A DNA stretch of 64,000 nucleotides from the NCBI GenBank assembly GCA_002633005.1, contig NMRA01000451.1, positions 228,892-292,891 of the forward strand, written 5' to 3'. The notes beneath the pieces were generated by a model that made no database searches, was not told where the DNA came from, and worked only from the letters and a program-made list of their open reading frames with translations. Every line of letters begins with the position of its first letter. The stretch's first letter is position 1. Both the position numbers and the translations under genes were made by a program. The stretch comes from Phoronis australis. Its lineage: Eukaryota; Animalia; Phoronida. Of the stretch, positions 26,901 through 38,800 are shown piece after piece.

Positions 26901-28167
26901 ATGTCATTGGACCCAGATGATTTAACGCATGACTTAGTAAGTACATGTTTTTTAAGAAAAATTGAATATATCCTCCCATATTTTTCAACTGTGTACAGGC
27001 AGTCCTTATAACAACTACATGATTTAAAACAATCTCTTGTTTCTCTTACAGCAAGCTTTGGTTAACGTTTTAGAAAAAAGCAAGGGAGGGTTTGTTGTAT
27101 AATTTTTCATCTCTATGGGTTTTTGTGTATTTAGCATTTAGCAAATTTTCTTTCAGTTACTTATTGTGGGTTTAAAATATTAAATTAACTTGTTTGAAGT
27201 GCTGTATTTTTTGTTCATTTATCCTTAAAAAGGGAAAGTGAACAGTCTAACTGGGGCATTTGGAAACATGAGGGTTTCATGTAGACCTGTTAGAACAAAG
27301 TCAGTCTGAGAACTTTGACTTCAAAAGTGTTTTCTTTGGGGTATGCGCACTTTTGTTGAAGTACAGGTTTGTTTTTTCGTTGAATACAACGTACTCGTGT
27401 GCTAATCCAATGACAAAAAGGATTTAGTGATTGAGAAAATTCTGTCGCGTACGTGAAGTTTTTGGAACATGTATCTTCAACTCTTTGAAGTAACTCCGTT
27501 ATTCAGTTTGAGAATATGAGTGCATTCTGCACCCTTAATTTTACCTTTAGACTCATGTGGGGTAGTTAAGAGTCGCACATTCCAGTATATTAGCAAAATG
27601 CCCCTCAGCTTTGTTTATAAGACTCATCTTGAGTTTGTACAGTTAAGTGAATGTGTGACGTAGTTAGGTGAATGTTAATCATAGTTACGCCATAAACTTA
27701 CAATAATATTATTGAAGTCAATGGTTACGTGAACAATATTGATTTATGAGTAAATCTCATTCATATCCACATTTCTGGAAGTGTCATAAAAAGAATTTGG
27801 CTAACTTCAGTACATCATATCTCAAAAATGGCTGATTAGATTGATGTGAAACTTTCAGATAGTGTTCTTTATGCTCTGTTCTCCAAAACGCTACACCCCT
27901 TCCCACCGCACAGATATAATTATGTCCATATCAATAATTAGTTTGAAATGAGGACGAATCAAGTTTGTGGGCTGATTTAACTGCAGTTGCATTGGATGAA
28001 CTCTATATGGTCGTTAGTCACTCTGTTTTGTCTTACAGACTGGATTGTCCCCTGAGCAGTTGGAGTCTTTGGACCGAATATTTGAAGGAACCTATAAAGC
28101 AAAATATCCAGTGGTTGGAATTATGAAATATAAAAGAGAAGAACTGAGGAAAAAGTCAGAGCTGTGA
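20934..28167 (+). CDS. NENF: Neudesin (cytochrome b5-like heme/steroid-binding MAPR family), 144 aa, 4 exons
   Basis: Exons 20934-21074 (hydrophobic signal peptide, then FTPEEIARYDGSD), 24437-24497 (PIYMAVKGLVFDVSTGK), 26833-26936 ([33 protein letters not shown]), 28039-28167 (GLSPEQLESLD..YKAKYPVVG..KKSEL*). Phases are consistent and the motifs match neudesin as recalled. AATAAA at 28476. Confidence 0.93.
22396..23323. mobile_element. Long-TIR foldback / MULE-like non-autonomous transposon in NENF intron 1
   Basis: Inverted arms of about 270 bp (taggcaatggccatcgcctctgttggcccgaacc.. / ..ggttcgggccaacagaggcgatggtcattgccta), flanked by a 9-bp near-direct repeat tcaacaccc / ccaacaccc. Confidence 0.85.
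26195..26300 (+). repeat. Dispersed repeat family, also at about 27815-27895 and 56673-56775
   Basis: Shared degenerate core atctcaaaa.tggct...gatt...tgaaacttt....atgctctgttctccaaaacgct in three places. Confidence 0.6.
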
Positions 28168-29774
28168 AAATTTATTATATGTCCCTCAATTTTTTAGTTT
28201 TGTACATAGTGCTGCTTGGTTAGTTGCTCAACATATTACCTGTTCCTAATACATCCATATAAAGTTAATAATATTAAAGGTACAGCTTGTAGGTATTCGC
28301 TTTTTACAACTGTTTACATTCCCTCATTCTGAGAGTTATTGAACTGTTCTCCTACACTGTCCACTTTTAGGGCCTATTTTCAACGAATTTTTGCTAACAG
28401 TAAATTTTATCACAAAATAATGATTATTTGGTACATTTCGCTTTGTGTTTTGTACCACTTTCATTAACAGGATATAATAAAGAGTTAACTTAGATTAGTC
28501 TGCTTATTTTTTTTTTTGGTCCACCAATAGATGTTCCAAACAGAAGGACCACACCCCAGCAACTTTGGGGCTGCCGGTGCACATACAATCGCGCTTTGCC
28601 CTCCCCCTAGGCAACATGTTGCCCCCCCTTATGGTATCCTATCGTAGATCCGCCACTGGGTAACCACCGTCAACAAAATCAGTTTGTTATATTCTTACAA
28701 AATGAAGTTTCACTGCGTTCGTTTGCAGTGAATGTAACGTCACTGCTGTAAACGTTGTTCAACACGGTCAGATCTTGTAGTTTTCAAGTCATTCTAACGC
28801 CGGGGATGCGAAGCGAAGTAGGATTACCCTGAACGGAAACTTTCGATCTTTTTACTGAAGTGACTGTGTCTAACTAAAGTGCATCAATGGGAGTGTTTTT
28901 GGCACTTGCAGCTTGCAGTGTCCATATACTTGTCGACCACAGTGTCCCCTATGCTGTCGACCGCACTGGCCTTTTCAACCCTGCTGTTATAAGAGGAAGG
29001 TTTCATCATTGGGAAACCGGGCTGTTCAGTGGTATCTTGTAATTGGACAATGATCCTCTACATCAACCGGGAAAACCGGTGTTGCTGTCCGCCCTTTATA
29101 TCACGAAAGTTGAGCTAAGTACATATTGTTTTGCACAGGGCCAATTGCCGGCCAGATTAGCTATGTCTTCACGGCAATAAAATTGATGCTGAAATAAACG
29201 AGCTGAGGATCGATTTGGAATAATCCAGGTAGATGGCTTGAAAGCATCCAGGCTGTATTTTCCACTTTTTGGGACGTGACAACCTATAGGAACCATAAAA
29301 TCTGAACAGATGGCTAAAATTGGTCAAGTATGTGCATAGTTGCGATTTTGCCAACAAAAACCAAACCTTGAGCTATTCATTGGACAGTATAGTTTCCTGC
29401 ATGGCTTATCAGCTCATTTACATGGGCGGCTATAGCCTCCCCAGTCCCCTATGGTGCGCCGCCCATTATTAAGCGCATTACTAACTCACACTAGAAGCTG
29501 TACCAGAAAGAATGTGGGTAAAACCGGATGTGGTGAAGGAACCTCGAGAGCCATTCCGCTGTCTGCAATACAAAAATGAAAAAAATCAAAATCACACGGT
29601 GCGTTCCACCATTACTATATTTGTGTTTTTGGTCGGGTTTGTCATCTGGGACGACAGCGGCATATGTTACGAGTTTTAGAGGTATTTATAAATAGTTTCA
29701 CATATATGTTACCGTAAAATTTAGTGAAATATATATACCTACGTACCATTCTGTGCGATTCAAAAGTTTCACTA

Positions 29775-30181
29775 CCGTGTTGCCTCGCCTTTAGGCCCAT
29801 GGGCCTACAACCGAAATAATGTGTTTTTCCGCGGCCTTTTTTGCCCAAGTGACACATGGGCCTAAAAATTCGCATATAAGCCCTGGTAATGTCGGCTGCA
29901 TAGGCCCATACCTTAATTCGCATATAGGCCCACCCGTTTTACTACCACTGCCTGTGCTATCTAATGTCAATTTTTTACATTAGCCTCTGTATCTTTGGAG
30001 TTACCTGGTGTACTTTCAAAAAATTTGGTAAAGAGTTTTTTATCGGCTTATATCCAAATTAATGCCTTTTTTTCGCGGCCTTTTTATCCAAGTGTTTCGC
30101 TTATTGGCGCATGCGCCTAAGTTTCACATATAAATAACGCTTCGCACAGACGCCCATGGGCCTAATGACACGGCAAAACGG
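29775..30181. mobile_element. Tc1/mariner-pogo-type MITE
   Basis: TA|ccgtgttgcctcgcctttaggcccatgggc ... gcccatgggcctaatgacacggcaaaacgg|TA, with internal repeats of taggccca and cgcggccttttt..ccaagtg. Confidence 0.7.
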
Positions 30182-31389
30182 TAGAACTTAATCACGCAGA
30201 TGTTTCTTATTGAGTGGTTAAATTGCTCCCAATTCACGGCGGTGGCACCGACAATATGGGGACTTTTGCTGAACTGAAAGGCATGTTCAACCCAGCTGCT
30301 TTGTCATCGGTGAAGTCTTAACCAGGACACATTTGTAGACACGCTGCTACAGAAAAGGTTTGTATAAGTTTCTGGTGTTTGTAGTAAAACTACAAGGGAT
30401 ATTCTGTTTATTTCAATGTGAAGTCCCTATTCAATTGATCTTGCACTGTTAGAATTAGTTGAAATTATATTGAAATTGTTGTTTGAAACTTAATTTTCTT
30501 CATCGAATGCTTATGTGTAATAATAAGACATATTTTTTCAATTTTCCTTTTTAAATTGTGTTTTTAATTCATTTTTTGAAAGTACATTATACTTTAGGTT
30601 ATGATATCAGAGCAACAAAATCTTAACAAAAATAAGCCACATTTAGATTATCAAGTGTTCAGCTTGCTCAAATCCTTCATCTTTATAGCTTCGTAGTTTG
30701 TCAAATTCAGATTTAAATTGGTATTGATGAAACCATCGACTACCTTAAAAGTTTAAAACCCATGCGTCCAATATTTTAAGGGATGACAGTTTTGTTTCTC
30801 ATGGGAGTGTGACAACATGTGACAAAATCGGTTTTAGATGTAATCGGCGATTAATATTCTGTAGAAATGATGAGACGCGGATTGAAATAACTTTGTCTAC
30901 TTACGATCGTCAGTATAATATGGACCTAAAATTGACGTCCACCGATTTCACAGCTTTAGTTACTGAGCCTCTCTGAACCGAAAATGGACAATTTCGGGCA
31001 AAAATATACATGAAACTCTAGCTTAAAAAAATAATGGCTCAAAATTTTGAAATAATCATTTTGAACATATCTCACCAGGATGTATGAACACACAATTGTT
31101 CCGAGTCGTTGACCCTAGAGTCGAACATTTGGTGCTCTCGTGGAAAGGCACGTTCACGACATGTTGCGTTCAATTTAGAGAAACCTCTATAATTGGTCAA
31201 CTATATCTTGGTTTTTGAGTCTTTTTCCCAAAGTGGGTTGAAAGTTGTCAACATATGCCTTTCATAAATATACAAACTACAGGCATTTGTTTCAATAGCT
31301 AGCTATTCATTAAAGACATTTTTCGTTTTATTGCAATCTGCCTTTATTTGCAACGACGCTTTGTATTCGAGTGAGTTGCTCAGGTCGTC

Positions 31390-32496
31390 TTAATAATTCA
31401 TAGTCGATAACATGTCATAAACCTTTTCAAGTTGGTGACCCATGTGTATGTTAACCTCGTCCGAGTCACCGTGCAGTTTCTTCCATCGCCGCTCCAGTTC
31501 AGCTTCTAAGCATTCCTCTGAGAAGTGCTCAACGAACTCTCGTTCGCTTGCCTCAACCTGCTGTTTAATGACGTCATACTTTTGTTTGAGCCTCCAAGTC
31601 TCTTTCTCAGTTTTCGCTCGCGAGTCTTCCAACACTTCTACTTTCTTTTCGCTAAATGGTATCAGTTCCTTATAGATGCACTCATCATCCAACTCAAACT
31701 GCCAATTACCGAGTTTCGTCTGTTTCGACTCCACTCTGTGCTCTAACAACTGAATAATAGTTTCGTCCTCGCCCATTGCTATCTCCGCTGACTGCACCTT
31801 TTTCTCTAGGTCTACTATTTTTAATTTCTTTTCGTTGAGAATTCTAAGGTACTTGGGTTGAAAGCATGTCATGCTTTTCCTGCAAGCAATCAAATCTCTG
31901 GCACATCGGCGCTTGAAGTCGTTTTGTTCCGCTACATGTTTCTGTTCCAATCTATAGAGGGCGTTGTGGCGCTGAGCGTCTCTGTTACCAGACCCATGTT
32001 CTTGTTCGTCCGCCTGATGACGTCCATCAATCGAACTTCTCTCACGAACTATCGTCTTGCATTTGTATACCTCCGTGTGTTTTGCGAGCTTCAGTGTTTC
32101 CAGTTGTTTCCTATATGTTTCGACCTGCTTCTCTAAGTGGGCCAGCTCTTCATGCAGTATGATATTTTGAGCCAACGTTTTCCCGCGCGAAGATCTCTTG
32201 TTTTTGCTCGTTAGCCCTGGACTTAAGTCAGCTGAGTGTAGACGTGGAACAGCCGCCAAAGAACTTTTGCTTCCTTTTGAAGTATTCATTCGATTGGTTT
32301 TCCAACTCGACCTGCCCATCTTTGAAGTCAGTATTGACTGTTGACAAGATTGAATTTTGTTGGCAGCATCACTATCAGCAACGCTGCTTTCCGATGTTAG
32401 TCTGGTCGGTGCCAGAAATTCAGCCGTTGTCCGACCTGTGTCTAGAGTTGCACTTTTTGCGGACTCTAAACTGTTTCTCTCGTCGTTGTTGCTCAT
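31390..32496 (-). CDS. Uncharacterised intronless coiled-coil protein (368 aa from ATG 32496; 404 aa from ATG 32604)
   Basis: Uninterrupted frame of more than 1.2 kb in AT-rich DNA. The N-terminal half is Ser/Lys-rich and low-complexity; the C-terminal half is E/K/Q/L-rich with heptad character. ATG 32496 has aaaATG context, a pyrimidine-rich acceptor (ttttcttcag) ends at 32515, and two AATAAA (31343-31348, 31327-31332) follow the stop. No family recognised. Confidence 0.7.
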   Translation of the reverse strand: MSNNDERNSLESAKSATLDTGRTTAEFLAPTRLTSESSVADSDAANKIQSCQQSILTSKMGRSSWKTNRMNTSKGSKSSLAAVPRLHSADLSPGLTSKNKRSSRGKTLAQNIILHEELAHLEKQVETYRKQLETLKLAKHTEVYKCKTIVRERSSIDGRHQADEQEHGSGNRDAQRHNALYRLEQKHVAEQNDFKRRCARDLIACRKSMTCFQPKYLRILNEKKLKIVDLEKKVQSAEIAMGEDETIIQLLEHRVESKQTKLGNWQFELDDECIYKELIPFSEKKVEVLEDSRAKTEKETWRLKQKYDVIKQQVEASEREFVEHFSEECLEAELERRWKKLHGDSDEVNIHMGHQLEKVYDMLSTMNY

Positions 32497-32875
32497 TTTG
32501 TGCTGGTGTATTTTCTGAAGAAAACTGGAGCTCTTAGCGATGAGAGACAGTAGGCCTAATGATGAAACGTTTTCGTTGTGTGTGGGAACGATTCTTTCAC
32601 TCATGGACAATTGATAGTAATAATCAGTGACGTAATAAGGGTAAACGTTTATTGTTTTGTACAATACACAACATTTTATTTCATTACTAAAACTGTAAAT
32701 CCAAACAAATATCTACATCTACTTCTTCTCATACAGGCCCCTGCCCATTTTGTCTTCAAAGCTTGAGTGTCCATAACTGTGTCAGGCAATGAATGGATAT
32801 TAACCCCCTTCTACGAAAATACAAGGTCAAAGTTCACAGTTCCATCTTCCCCGTCTCCAGGCGGTCCTTTGTGTA

Positions 32876-35800
32876 TTAGCTCGTATGACTGCTGGACATC
32901 ATCTTGCAGAATTCTGGAATGATTGTAATTAGAATGAGGTGTTGTGTATAGTTCAGTCGTGAGTGATCATAGGCACTGGCTGCACTTCACTAGACTTCAA
33001 CCGGTTAAGACATAGGATTGGTTCTGGATTACGAAATCTGGTTTACATGCCAATCAGGTGTCCTAACCGGCGGAACCGGTGAAGTCAACCACTGATGACC
33101 ACTGCAAAGCTCATGCTTTAAATCTACGGTACTTAGCAGATTTTATGCAGTTGTGTTAGAAATGAACTGTTGGTTCGAAATACCTTGAGCAATGCTAGCT
33201 GCACACATGAGCTGCTAAGTAACTCTCTTGACACCAAGTTGCTAAAGCAAATCTCTTTACATCAATAGAGACCCTTTGTTTCAGTTCATACAATAGATGT
33301 AAAACCAAAGGTCACAGCGTACACAGGGCACGACTCTTGTGTCAGAATTCCGGGAGCTGGTGACACTCGTGCAATTAATACATCATTATAAGAGGTGATT
33401 ATGCCTAGCTGATTTAGTCTCAATGAATTAGCAGGCCACGACATTTAGATATCTTGATTGCGTGGGTTTGTGAGTCTTTCATAAACGGTCGAGGTTCATT
33501 TCTGATATTTATTTTTGTTTTTTTTCCAAACAGTGTGGGACGCAGGGTTTAAAATGAGTAGAGTACAGATCGGAATTAACTATGCTTTTTCGTCTAGCTA
33601 GTATTGAAATTGAGGCAGCACCTGTCATTGTTCGAGTGAACCAGTGCCGTGCTGTACCCTCAAGTGCATCGACCTCATTTTCTGCAAAGCAATGCGACTG
33701 TCTTCCGTATAATTTAACAAATAATACGTTTTTCCGAAAATATAACGGTACCCCCTACTAAGCTCGCCATTCTGTCGTGATTTTACCTTCGTAATTTATT
33801 TGCCCGTCTCCGTCGGTGTCCGCCTCCATTATCATCTCGTCTACTTCTTCGTCACTTAGTTTTTCACCTAATGTCGTCATCACTTGTCTCAGTTCTCCCG
33901 CACTAATGTAACCGTTGCCGTCCTTGTCGAAGACTTTAAATGCTTCCTTGATTTCTTCTTCCGTGTCTGTCTCTTTCATTTTTTTCGCCATCATTGTTAG
34001 GAACTCCGGAAAATCTATTGTGCCGTCCCCTGTTGGTGAAAGTAAGGAACGTGAATATGTGTGAATATAAAACCTGTGCTTTGAAACTGACAAACAAAGC
34101 ACGAAAATTACGATACAATAAAAAGGAACTGTATTTCCATGGTTTCCCCTCGTCATATGAAATACCACAAAACTTTTGATCCATGAAAAAGTCATGGAAA
34201 GTGGAAAAGTGCAAGAACTCGAGTAATTTTATGAAAAACATAAAATCTTATTTTGCGTGTCATATCGCTAGTTCATTCATGTACTATCAAAAAATACTTT
34301 TCGTTTACACATGGAAAATAAAAAATATGAATAGGAACCATGATTTTAAATAGTTTTGTAGGCAGCTTTATTTCATTATACAGGTTCGCTGAACGTCATC
34401 AAACCGCCATGTTATGGAAAATCTCGTTGAGAAATGTTTTCAACCGTAAACCGCATGTCTAGTTCACGAAACGCCTGTGTCTTTCTTATACACGAAATCT
34501 CGCCACCTACCAGGCTACAGTTGAATCTAGTGTCGCTGTTATCACATGATTCAATAATAGCCCTTTATTTCCTACCTTGTTGTAGACGGATAACCCGAAT
34601 TAGTGCGAAACTACGGTCACTAAATTCCCTAAGGCCTTAGCGTCTGAAATTTGTAAACTCTTTACCGTCAGAGTCTGCCTCGTTGACCATATCTTGCAGC
34701 TCACTCTCTGAAGGATTTTGTCCAAGAGATCTCATCACAGTACCCAGTTCTTTAGTGGTAATGGTTCCATCGCCATCTTTGTCAAACAGGGCAAACGCCT
34801 CCTTGAATTCTGCAATTGAAGACGTGAGTAATTGGACATATTATAAGCATTAAAACGATTGGTGTTATAATTTTGTAAATCTTACATTTTTAAGAGATAT
34901 GACGCTGTTACTTCATTTCATGTTGCTATTTTTATTAACTAAGACCAGTCCAGTGGCCGATTTAGGGGTGCATGCCACGACAGCCATGTCACACCTTAAC
35001 TTTCCGCAAATTATCACGATTGAAAATTTCCCGCTCAATTCACGTGACCGTGTAGGTGGTAAAGTTCCGTACTCCACACGCATTTTAATAAACTGTACCA
35101 TACATATTGTGTACCTGCGCACCATTTTGTGGTGCTCACTGGACCAGTAAGACAGCTGTCACGTTTTCAAGGCACGGGAGCAATTCCAGGTTCACGTCTC
35201 TAAATTCCAGCTTCGGCCGGTCCTCTAATTCTAGTCTCGGGACCGGAAACCACCAAATCCAAGATACCAAGCGTAGCCTGTCAATGTCAACCAGACCCAC
35301 ATCCCTGAACTCCAAACACGCACCGAAAATGTAATATATATGATGACCAAACTCAGTCCCGGGACCAGATTCCATGGCTTCAACTCTTAAATTCCAGCTG
35401 GGATCTAGAGGTATGGCTATGTAGTCTGGTCCCCGACACTGGAGTCACTGGCTAGGGAATATTCTCGGTCAGTGTGGAGTTGAGAGTTGCAGGTCTGTTG
35501 ATTTACACCCTGCGCCTTTGCTGTCTGCTGATCCGAGACAGGGTTTTAGAGGATCGTAGCTGGAACTTAGCGCTTATAAAATCATGTTTTTTATCTTCTG
35601 ATTTCGCTGATACTCCTTTGCGCATGCGATGAGGAGACTGACTGAGATTACCTCGGTTTACTGAAGATCATCTTTGTTCTCGAAGGTCTGATTGTGGCTC
35701 AGGAGTCATCCCGGAACCAGGTTCGAAAAACGCTACTCTTGAAAGGCGGATGCAACATGGCGAAAAATAGAAGAAGTTGAGAATTGAACTTGGATTAGAA

Positions 35801-38800
35801 AGACGGTAAGCGAGCGTCATTGCTGTACGATACTTTAATCAAAAGTTACTTACTACCTTGACACTGCGCATTATGCAAGTTCTTTCCGATCAATTGGTAG
35901 AGCGCTAAAACACCCGTCGAGCCAAATCAAAAGTATAATCAAATATGCGATGTAGCAAATGGTTTAATTTTATTCGCTCTCTCGGCACGCTAATGCGTTT
36001 TTAGATGACAGATTAACTACTAGCTGGTTACGTAACGAGCGAATTGTCACCACTTTCTGACTCAATGGCAAATAACAGCAAACTATCATTAGCTAGCCGA
36101 TTTATTTATTAGGCTTGTCAAAACTGGAAGGATGCATTATACGATTTAAAACATTACGCGTTTTGTCCTCTTATTTTGAGTCTTAAGAAGATCCAAAAAG
36201 GGGAATTTCAAAGGTTAAGTAAATTCCATATCTGCAGCGGGCTGCGGAGTCCTTCAGCTGCCGAATATCTTAGAGCTTGTACAAGGAATGCGTGGTGCAC
36301 AAGTAAAGATCAACGTGGAGCTTCAAGTAAAGGGCGCGAGTCGAAGTAGACAAACTTTGTTGCAAGTGGGCGTGTGCTTGAGTTTGTACCAGGTGAACCA
36401 GCTATATGTAAAACCATTTGTGAAAGTATCCGCTAGTGCTTGACAAGTTTTGGGCCAGATGTTGAGTTCTGCAGATCAACGAAGATGGATGGTGTAGGTG
36501 ACGGGGAAAGACTGTGGTTGTGCTGCGCGGATATTATAACATTACACAATGCACTACATAACTACCGTGCCAGTCATGATTTGAATATTCCCTTAAGCTC
36601 AGCATGTGACGTGAGGGAAATTTCTCTGGCCCTTGAAGGAATTAGCAGCCTAGACTAGGAATAGTTTCAAGTATTCATCTATGGTAAGCTTAGCAGGTGC
36701 TAAGAACAGACCGTCGAGGAATTAAAGAAGAACGGTAGTAAGACCACAGAATCAAGAAACCCTCATCTGTGGGTGGTTTCGTAGTTTGGCCAATCAGGAT
36801 TGGTTTATTTCTGGTAGTATATGGAGTAATGTGCTTTGGATCATTATACACATTTGCACTTATTAAACCCGTGTCAAATAAACACGTTTTTTCGCATGTT
36901 GACCGCACGTCCTCATTTAGCTCTAGACACCTTTCCGCCTCCCCCACTACAAATTCGTAGATCCGCCCTGCTTTCATCAGTATAGCACTCAAACTATTAA
37001 TTGATTGAAGTGGGGCAAATTGTCAGACAGACTTAGACTACACATCTCCGTGTAGCCTCGTTCCGGCCGCCAAGAGTCTAATGCCTTCCACCTACTCATA
37101 TGAAAGATTGAATAAAATCAATAACGTATCAAACAAATCACCCTTTGACTACTATGAACAACATAACGCCAGAACTGAACTCGGGGCTCACAGAACACGT
37201 GCAAATAGTCCTTCTTACAGCCAACCTTTCAGAAGAACCCCATAGTTATAGCAAACCCAAATGGCTGTAGCATCGACGACGGAAATTCGCCTCCTTTCAG
37301 TGTAAAAACAGAGAATCGGTTTCACTAGTACCTTTAGAAAATGTCTTCACCCAAGACATCGTGACATAACCTTACAAAAATTCAAGGCCGGAGCGAGTTT
37401 TTTGTAAAAACAGGTAAGTTCAGGTACAATTTATTCAGAATAGGGCCGTCCCAGATTACCCAGCGGCACTCGAATCTACACTCTTTCACAGTGCTACGAA
37501 AGGTAGAGCCACTTTGCAGTATAGGTGGCGCTGTGTCAGAGGGTACACCCGAATCTCGCTGTATTTACCCACAAGGCCGTAAACATCCTTCAGGCACATT
37601 TGCTGCCTCGTTTTCGTGCCACAAGTTATATGTTGTCTGATTCTTTACAGATTTTTCCCGGTTGCATTTTTCTATTCGCCCTTCCAATACCAACGAAGTA
37701 TTACGGCTGTGCTATGTACTGCAACACCGACGTGAAAAAAGTTTGATAAACTGGACACACACCCGTGGATGCGTGATCTGAAATTCTTTAATTGCCTTCC
37801 CGACATCAATGAGAGACACGAAAATGTGCCTGATTTCCAAAACTAGGACATGCGCTTTCTTAGGAGAGTTCTATCGCTGTGTAATCCGGGAAGGCCCTAT
37901 TAAGTTAAGGTTTTGTGGACCTTATCGTCAAGTCTTTGTATTTAGCCAAATTTCTGCAGAAATTAAACGTATTTTTGGAAAGTAAAAAGCCAGTAGTGAA
38001 GTAAATTTTTATCAATCTCCCTTTATCTGGGTCACGTCACCGTATCTTTTCGGTAAAATTTAGCAAAAAGGGAAGGCGCGTCGATGCGAAACAACTGTCC
38101 AATAATATGACCAAGTGTTTGTTTAATATCAGATGTTCAAAATGAAATCTGAAAACGCTGTTTTATAAATTAGTTTTCGTTTTATGCAACTTAGGAGCTT
38201 TCGTGAACACCGATTTTTACTAGCCTCTCATACAAAAGTCGGAGATTTCAATTCCCAGTAGTGTTTTGGAGAACCACGCATAAAGCATAGTCTCTGAAGA
38301 CTCCACTGAATCCAATCACCCGTGTTCTAAAATTGGCCAAATTTGGACAGTCTTCCGAGGTCTTAAATTCCAGGCACTCGATAAATGTCCTGAATTACAA
38401 CCAGCCTTCTCTGTTATAGATAATGACTCTGCCAAGATCACATTTTTACTAAATGGATGCCCTAATCTCTGTTGATATCTCAATGAGTTGATGTTTGGAC
38501 ATGTTTTCTGTTTTTTGTATAGTAGGTTTTATGATAGTAAAAAGTCTAATTCAATTTCCGTTGTTTAGCCCGATAAACTGGCTGCAGTGCACTTTTAAAG
38601 TGCGTGTATTCACTATGTTGAATAAGTATGTTAATTTTAATGCCTTCTGGCGATTTCTGAGTAACACATGTTTCGACGTATTCGATCAATTGTGCTTGAA
38701 TTTCCGTGGATCCGTTTGCCTGTTTTACCGAACACTGCGTTAAGAGGCAGTCTATATGAAAAACCAGTAGAATTTCAAAAATCAGTCAAAATTCAAAATA

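Noticed and set aside
31390-33787. In-frame calmodulin-coiled-coil fusion by splicing exon 4 to the 32514 acceptor
   Set aside because: The exon 4 donor is phase 1 and the acceptor is phase 0, so the join shifts frame.
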